From: an uncultured Candidatus Saccharibacteria bacterium
GTDB taxonomy: Bacteria; Patescibacteriota; Minisyncoccia; Phycocordibacterales; Zambryskibacteraceae
Direction of reading: 5' to 3'
Length of the DNA: 64,000 nt
NCBI GenBank assembly: GCA_964509605.1
Contig: CAZDXF010000002.1
Coordinates: forward strand, 25,514-89,513
A program made the translations under genes and the position numbers. Under the pieces are notes generated by a model. That model made no database searches, was not told the DNA's origin, and saw nothing but the letters and a program-made list of their open reading frames with translations. This document shows positions 58,252 to 64,000 of this stretch, in pieces (position 1 is the first letter of the stretch; every line of letters starts with the position of its first letter).

Positions 58252-59073
58252 GTGATTTCAAACTTTTACTTAATTTCTTTCCTGTTTTTACTCGGAGCAG
58301 TTGTGGGCAGTTTTCTAAATGTGCTCATTTTGAGGTGGAACAGCGGTTTTTCTATTGGGGGGAGATCAAGATGTTTTTCGTGCTCAAAAACTCTTTCTTG
58401 GTATGAACTTTTTCCCATACTGAGTTTTATTTTCCTTAAAGGAAAATGCCGATCCTGTAAAACAAAAATTTCTTGGCAATATCCGACAGTAGAGTTTTTA
58501 ACGGGTCTTTTGTTTGCTCTCTCTTATTTATATTTTCCTTTTTATTTTGATTTATTTTCCGTGATTTTATTTGTATCCCTGCTTTGCATTTGGTCAGTGT
58601 TAATTTTCTTGGCGGTTTACGATTTGCGTCATATGATTCTGCCAGATTTTTTTGTTTTTCTTTTTGTTTTTCTTTCAGTGGTTTTTGCTTTTTCAAATCA
58701 TACTCTTGGAAATGTAAATCTGTCCTTGTTAGATCTGCTTTCTGGACCGATTCTTTTCACTTTCTTTTTCCTGCTTTGGTTTGTCTCAGGTGGGCGATGG
58801 ATGGGTTTTGGGGATGCTAAACTTGCTTTGGGAATCGGAATATTTTTGGGCTTTCAAAAAGGTATTGTTGCCGTAGCGTTGTCATTTTGGATAGGAGCTT
58901 TGGTAAGTTTACTTATAATCTTGGTTCAAAAATTCTATGTTTCTAGTAAAAAAGGTGGGTTGAGTCTTTCCTCCAAACAAATTACAATGAAAAGTGAAAT
59001 ACCTTTCGGACAATTTCTGATTTTAGGCACAATCCTGTCGTTTTTTATAGATTTTGGATTCTTTCCATTTTGA
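58252..59073 (+). CDS. pilD: Prepilin peptidase PilD (A24 family)
   Basis: N-terminal CxxC...CxxC zinc motif and TM core (DAKLALGIGIFLG). Confidence 0.85.
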   Translation: MISNFYLISFLFLLGAVVGSFLNVLILRWNSGFSIGGRSRCFSCSKTLSWYELFPILSFIFLKGKCRSCKTKISWQYPTVEFLTGLLFALSYLYFPFYFDLFSVILFVSLLCIWSVLIFLAVYDLRHMILPDFFVFLFVFLSVVFAFSNHTLGNVNLSLLDLLSGPILFTFFFLLWFVSGGRWMGFGDAKLALGIGIFLGFQKGIVAVALSFWIGALVSLLIILVQKFYVSSKKGGLSLSSKQITMKSEIPFGQFLILGTILSFFIDFGFFPF

Positions 59074-59729
59074 TGAAACGCTTTTTTAAAAAAATATATC
59101 TATCGTCCCAAAATTCAGGTTTTAGTTTGCCGGAAGTACTTGTATCGGCATTTATTATTGCACTCATTACATCTGTTGTTGTTTTTAATCAGGGAGATTT
59201 TAACGATAGAATTGCCTTAAAAAGTGCTTCTGACGATATAGAGCTTCAGATACGAGAAGCTCAAGTTTACAGCATTAGTGTCAGAGAGTTCTCTCCTTCT
59301 GGTGGAGAGTTCTCATCTTCTTACGGCATTTATTTCAATCTGGATGGCACCACAGGAAGCAATAATTCATATTTATTTTTCGCTGATAGAGGAGTGAAAA
59401 ATAATATTTATGACGGTACAGTGGCTTGTCTTACAGGAGGATCTTATGAGTGCTTGAGGAGATTTACGCTTACCAGAAACAATATAATTTCAGATGTTTG
59501 TGCAATTTTAAGCGACAGTTCAGAAAGGTGCCTTTCAGGCGGACATGTAGAAAGAGTTGATGTTGTTTTTTCAAGACCAAATCCGAATGCTCAAATATCT
59601 TTCTTTAATCTCTCCGGATCGCCCGTTTCTTATGCTGGACATCTTGGTGCTAAAATTACAGTCAGGTCTCCAAAAAACAACACAAAAAATATATATATTT
59701 ACACAACGGGCCAGATTGCTGTTCAGTAA
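59070..59729 (+). CDS. Minor pilin / pseudopilin
   Basis: Leader ...SQNSG|FSLPEVLVSAFIIALI. Confidence 0.6.
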   Translation: MMKRFFKKIYLSSQNSGFSLPEVLVSAFIIALITSVVVFNQGDFNDRIALKSASDDIELQIREAQVYSISVREFSPSGGEFSSSYGIYFNLDGTTGSNNSYLFFADRGVKNNIYDGTVACLTGGSYECLRRFTLTRNNIISDVCAILSDSSERCLSGGHVERVDVVFSRPNPNAQISFFNLSGSPVSYAGHLGAKITVRSPKNNTKNIYIYTTGQIAVQ

Positions 59730-59732
59730 AAT

Positions 59733-60315
59733 GAGAAAATTTTTTAAAAAAGAAAAAAGTGAGGGAAACAGAGTGTTAAATAAAACAGGTGTTAGCTCCG
59801 CTAAAGCGGAGCGTGGGTTTACACTTGTTGAAATACTCGTAGCCCTTGCTCTGTTTATTACCGTTATGACTATTGGTCTAGGCTCTGTTATAAATGTTCT
59901 TGAAGCAAATAGAAAATCAGACTCTTTGAAGTCTGTAATGACAAATCTCAATTTTGCTCTAGAGGTGATGTCTAGGGATATAAAATTTGGAGACTCTTAC
60001 AGTTGTTCTATCTCTACTTGTTCAAGCGGGGACACTTCTATCTATTTTAGAAATAGCGATGGAATAAATGTCAGATACAGACTAAACAATAGCCGAATAG
60101 AAAAATCCGTCGATAATGGAGCGACCTATCAAATCATTACAGCCCCAAACATAGTGGTGCAAGATATGAGGTTTTATATCTTTGGCTACAACACCGGAGA
60201 TGGAGCACAACCTAGAGTTTTGATTTCTATTAGAGGGTATTCAGGTACAAAGCCATCAATTCAGACGACTTTCGTAGTGCAGACGACAGTCTCGCAGAGA
60301 GTTCTTGATTCATAA
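59733..60315 (+). CDS. Minor pilin with long leader containing KTGVSSAKAERG|FTL (alternative GTG start ~59775 possible)
   Basis: Shares the conserved leader-region hairpin motif with 56969/57589. GAGGGA lies 6 nt before the in-frame GTG. Confidence 0.6.
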
Positions 60316-60868
60316 AATGTTTAGAAAAAATACAAAAAAAATATCGGGTTGCTCCCAAAAAGGTTTTACACTTTTGGAAAGTCTTGTTGCCATAGCAATT
60401 CTTCTTATGTCTATCACAGCCGCGACCACAGCTGTTCAGACCGCATTGTCCAGTTCTATATTTGCCAAAAACCAAGTTATTTCATTTTTTCTCGCTCAAG
60501 AGGCGGTTGAGTACATAAAAAACACCAGAGATAACAATGCTTTGCAGGGTCAAAACTGGTTAAATGGATATGCTTCATCTGGCTCCCCGTGTGTTTTTGG
60601 AACAGTTTGCACAGTAGATGCAACTTTGAGTTCCGGTGCTTTTAGCTCTTGCGGTGGAGCCGGATCGTGTCCTGTTTTGAGACAATCTTCTTCGGCTCCA
60701 TTTTTGTATGGATATAACAGCGGTTGGGTCCCAACGGGATTTAGAAGGGAGATCGTATTAAGCCAAGTTAATGCAAACGAAATTACAGCTACTGTGAATG
60801 TTACATTTACAAAAGGCACGATATCTAAAACAATTACAGTCCGAGAATCAATATTTAATTGGCAATGA
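60305..60868 (+). CDS. Minor pilin / pseudopilin
   Basis: Leader ...CSQKG|FTLLESLVAIAILL. Confidence 0.6.
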   Translation: MIHKMFRKNTKKISGCSQKGFTLLESLVAIAILLMSITAATTAVQTALSSSIFAKNQVISFFLAQEAVEYIKNTRDNNALQGQNWLNGYASSGSPCVFGTVCTVDATLSSGAFSSCGGAGSCPVLRQSSSAPFLYGYNSGWVPTGFRREIVLSQVNANEITATVNVTFTKGTISKTITVRESIFNWQ

Positions 60869-61344
60869 TTAATCTTAATTTAAATAAAAAGAATAATAGA
60901 CAAAGAGGGGTTTCTCTCTATATCGCCATTTCTGTGACAGCAGCGATGACTCTCATTAGTTTTGCTGTCATAAATAGCGCAGTAAAACAGCTCGGAATTT
61001 CTAGTCTTGCCAGAGATTCTCAAAATGCTTTTTTTGCCGCTGATAGTGGAGTGGAGTGTGCTCTTTATTGGGATCTGAAAAGTGGCGCAAATCCGTTTTC
61101 TACCACTACTTCTCCAACACCTACAGTTTCTTGCAACGGTATGACGGTTAATCAGACAAGAACCTATGTAAACTTAATCGCCACATCTACCGTGTCATTT
61201 GGCCCAAATCCATGCATCAGTATTTCTGTGGTTAAGTGGTATCAAGGTTCAGATTTAAGAACAAAAATAGAATCTAGAGGTTATAACACTTGTTCAACTT
61301 CCGACCCCAGAAGAGTAGAAAGAGCGATATTGGTAAATTACTAG
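60859..61344 (+). CDS. PilX-like minor pilin
   Basis: N-terminal QRGVSLYIAISV... PilX_N-like hydrophobic segment. Confidence 0.5.
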   Translation: MAMINLNLNKKNNRQRGVSLYIAISVTAAMTLISFAVINSAVKQLGISSLARDSQNAFFAADSGVECALYWDLKSGANPFSTTTSPTPTVSCNGMTVNQTRTYVNLIATSTVSFGPNPCISISVVKWYQGSDLRTKIESRGYNTCSTSDPRRVERAILVNY

Positions 61345-61356
61345 TGTTTGGGGTAG

Positions 61357-63390
<2,034 letters not shown>

Positions 63391-63414
63391 TTTTTTAGGT
63401 GCTAAAATAGCTCC

Positions 63415-63696
63415 ATGATTGGTCCAAAAGATATAGAAAAACTAGCGGAACTATCCAGAATGAAAATAGATGAGAAAGAGAGGGATTCTCTACTCAAGGA
63501 TATTGATCCTATATTGGAATATGTGAGTCAACTCAACGAAGCGGTGGAGGGATCGCCTTCTTTTGTTTTACCAGAACATCGAGGAATTATGAGGGAAGAT
63601 GGAGAGCCCCATGAGAGTGGTGTGTGGACAAAAGAAATTTTGGAGCAAGCTCCTGATAAAGATGGCGATTTGATAAAAGTAAAGAAAATTTTATAA
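63415..63696 (+). CDS. gatC: Glu/Asp-tRNA amidotransferase subunit C
   Basis: 93-aa GatC-like protein immediately before gatA. Confidence 0.75.
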   Translation: MIGPKDIEKLAELSRMKIDEKERDSLLKDIDPILEYVSQLNEAVEGSPSFVLPEHRGIMREDGEPHESGVWTKEILEQAPDKDGDLIKVKKIL

Positions 63697-64000
63697 ATGA
63701 TTGATTTAGAAAATCTCAACATAAAAAAAGCCCACAAAGCTCTTATAGAAAAAGAGTTTTCTGTCGTTGAACTTGTAGAAGAGTATAGAAAAAAAATTTC
63801 AGAGAAAAATAAAGACTTAAATGTATATTTAGAAGTTTTTGACACTGCTTTGGATGAAGCAAAAAGTGCTCAAGAAAAGTTTGAAAATGGTAATGCCGAT
63901 ATTCTTTCTGGAATTCCAATTGCTTTGAAAGACAATATTTTATTAAAAGGTCACAAAGCTACTGCATCTTCTAAAATTTTAGAAGGTTTTGTTTCGCCTT
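63697..64000 (+). CDS. gatA: Glu/Asp-tRNA amidotransferase subunit A, N-terminal fragment (runs off the window)
   Basis: Translation from the ATG at 63697 gives MIDLENLNIKKAHKALIEKEFSVVELVEEY...GIPIALKDNI, the amidase-signature N-terminus. Confidence 0.7.
   Translation, partial: MIDLENLNIKKAHKALIEKEFSVVELVEEYRKKISEKNKDLNVYLEVFDTALDEAKSAQEKFENGNADILSGIPIALKDNILLKGHKATASSKILEGFVSP

Overview
This is a low-GC (~35%) bacterial segment that looks Patescibacteria/CPR-like. In order it carries:
- the 3' end of recJ, rnhA, a split comEC (a membrane-domain gene and a separate MBL-domain gene with an Fe/Mn-SOD-like gene between them), rpmB and an M50 protease;
- the str/S10/spc ribosomal superoperon (rpsL-rpsG-fusA-tuf-rpsJ-rplCDWB-rpsS-rplV-rpsC-rplP-rpmC-rpsQ-rplNXE-rpsN-rpsH-rplFR-rpsE-rplO-secY-adk-map), followed directly by ndk;
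- an MBL/beta-CASP RNase, rplT-rpmI-infC, cls, a YibE/F-like protein and several secreted or membrane hypotheticals;
- smpB with an adjacent tmRNA on the minus strand, ftsH, a tRNA-Ile(UAU) flanked by partial tRNA copies, a 718-aa membrane protein with a pilin-like C-terminal domain, and recG;
- a ~4.3-kb GC-rich island inserted at the 3' end of tRNA-Ser(GCU), carrying a large serine recombinase and two nested pairs of long, essentially perfect inverted repeats that share a CTTTCTGCGG core;
- comF and a complete type IV/competence-pilus locus (pilMNO, pilB, receiver, pilT, pilC, four pilins, pilD, four minor pilins), then ligA, gatC and the start of gatA.

I also found several small repeat families and structured intergenic elements. 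No rRNA or CRISPR was seen.
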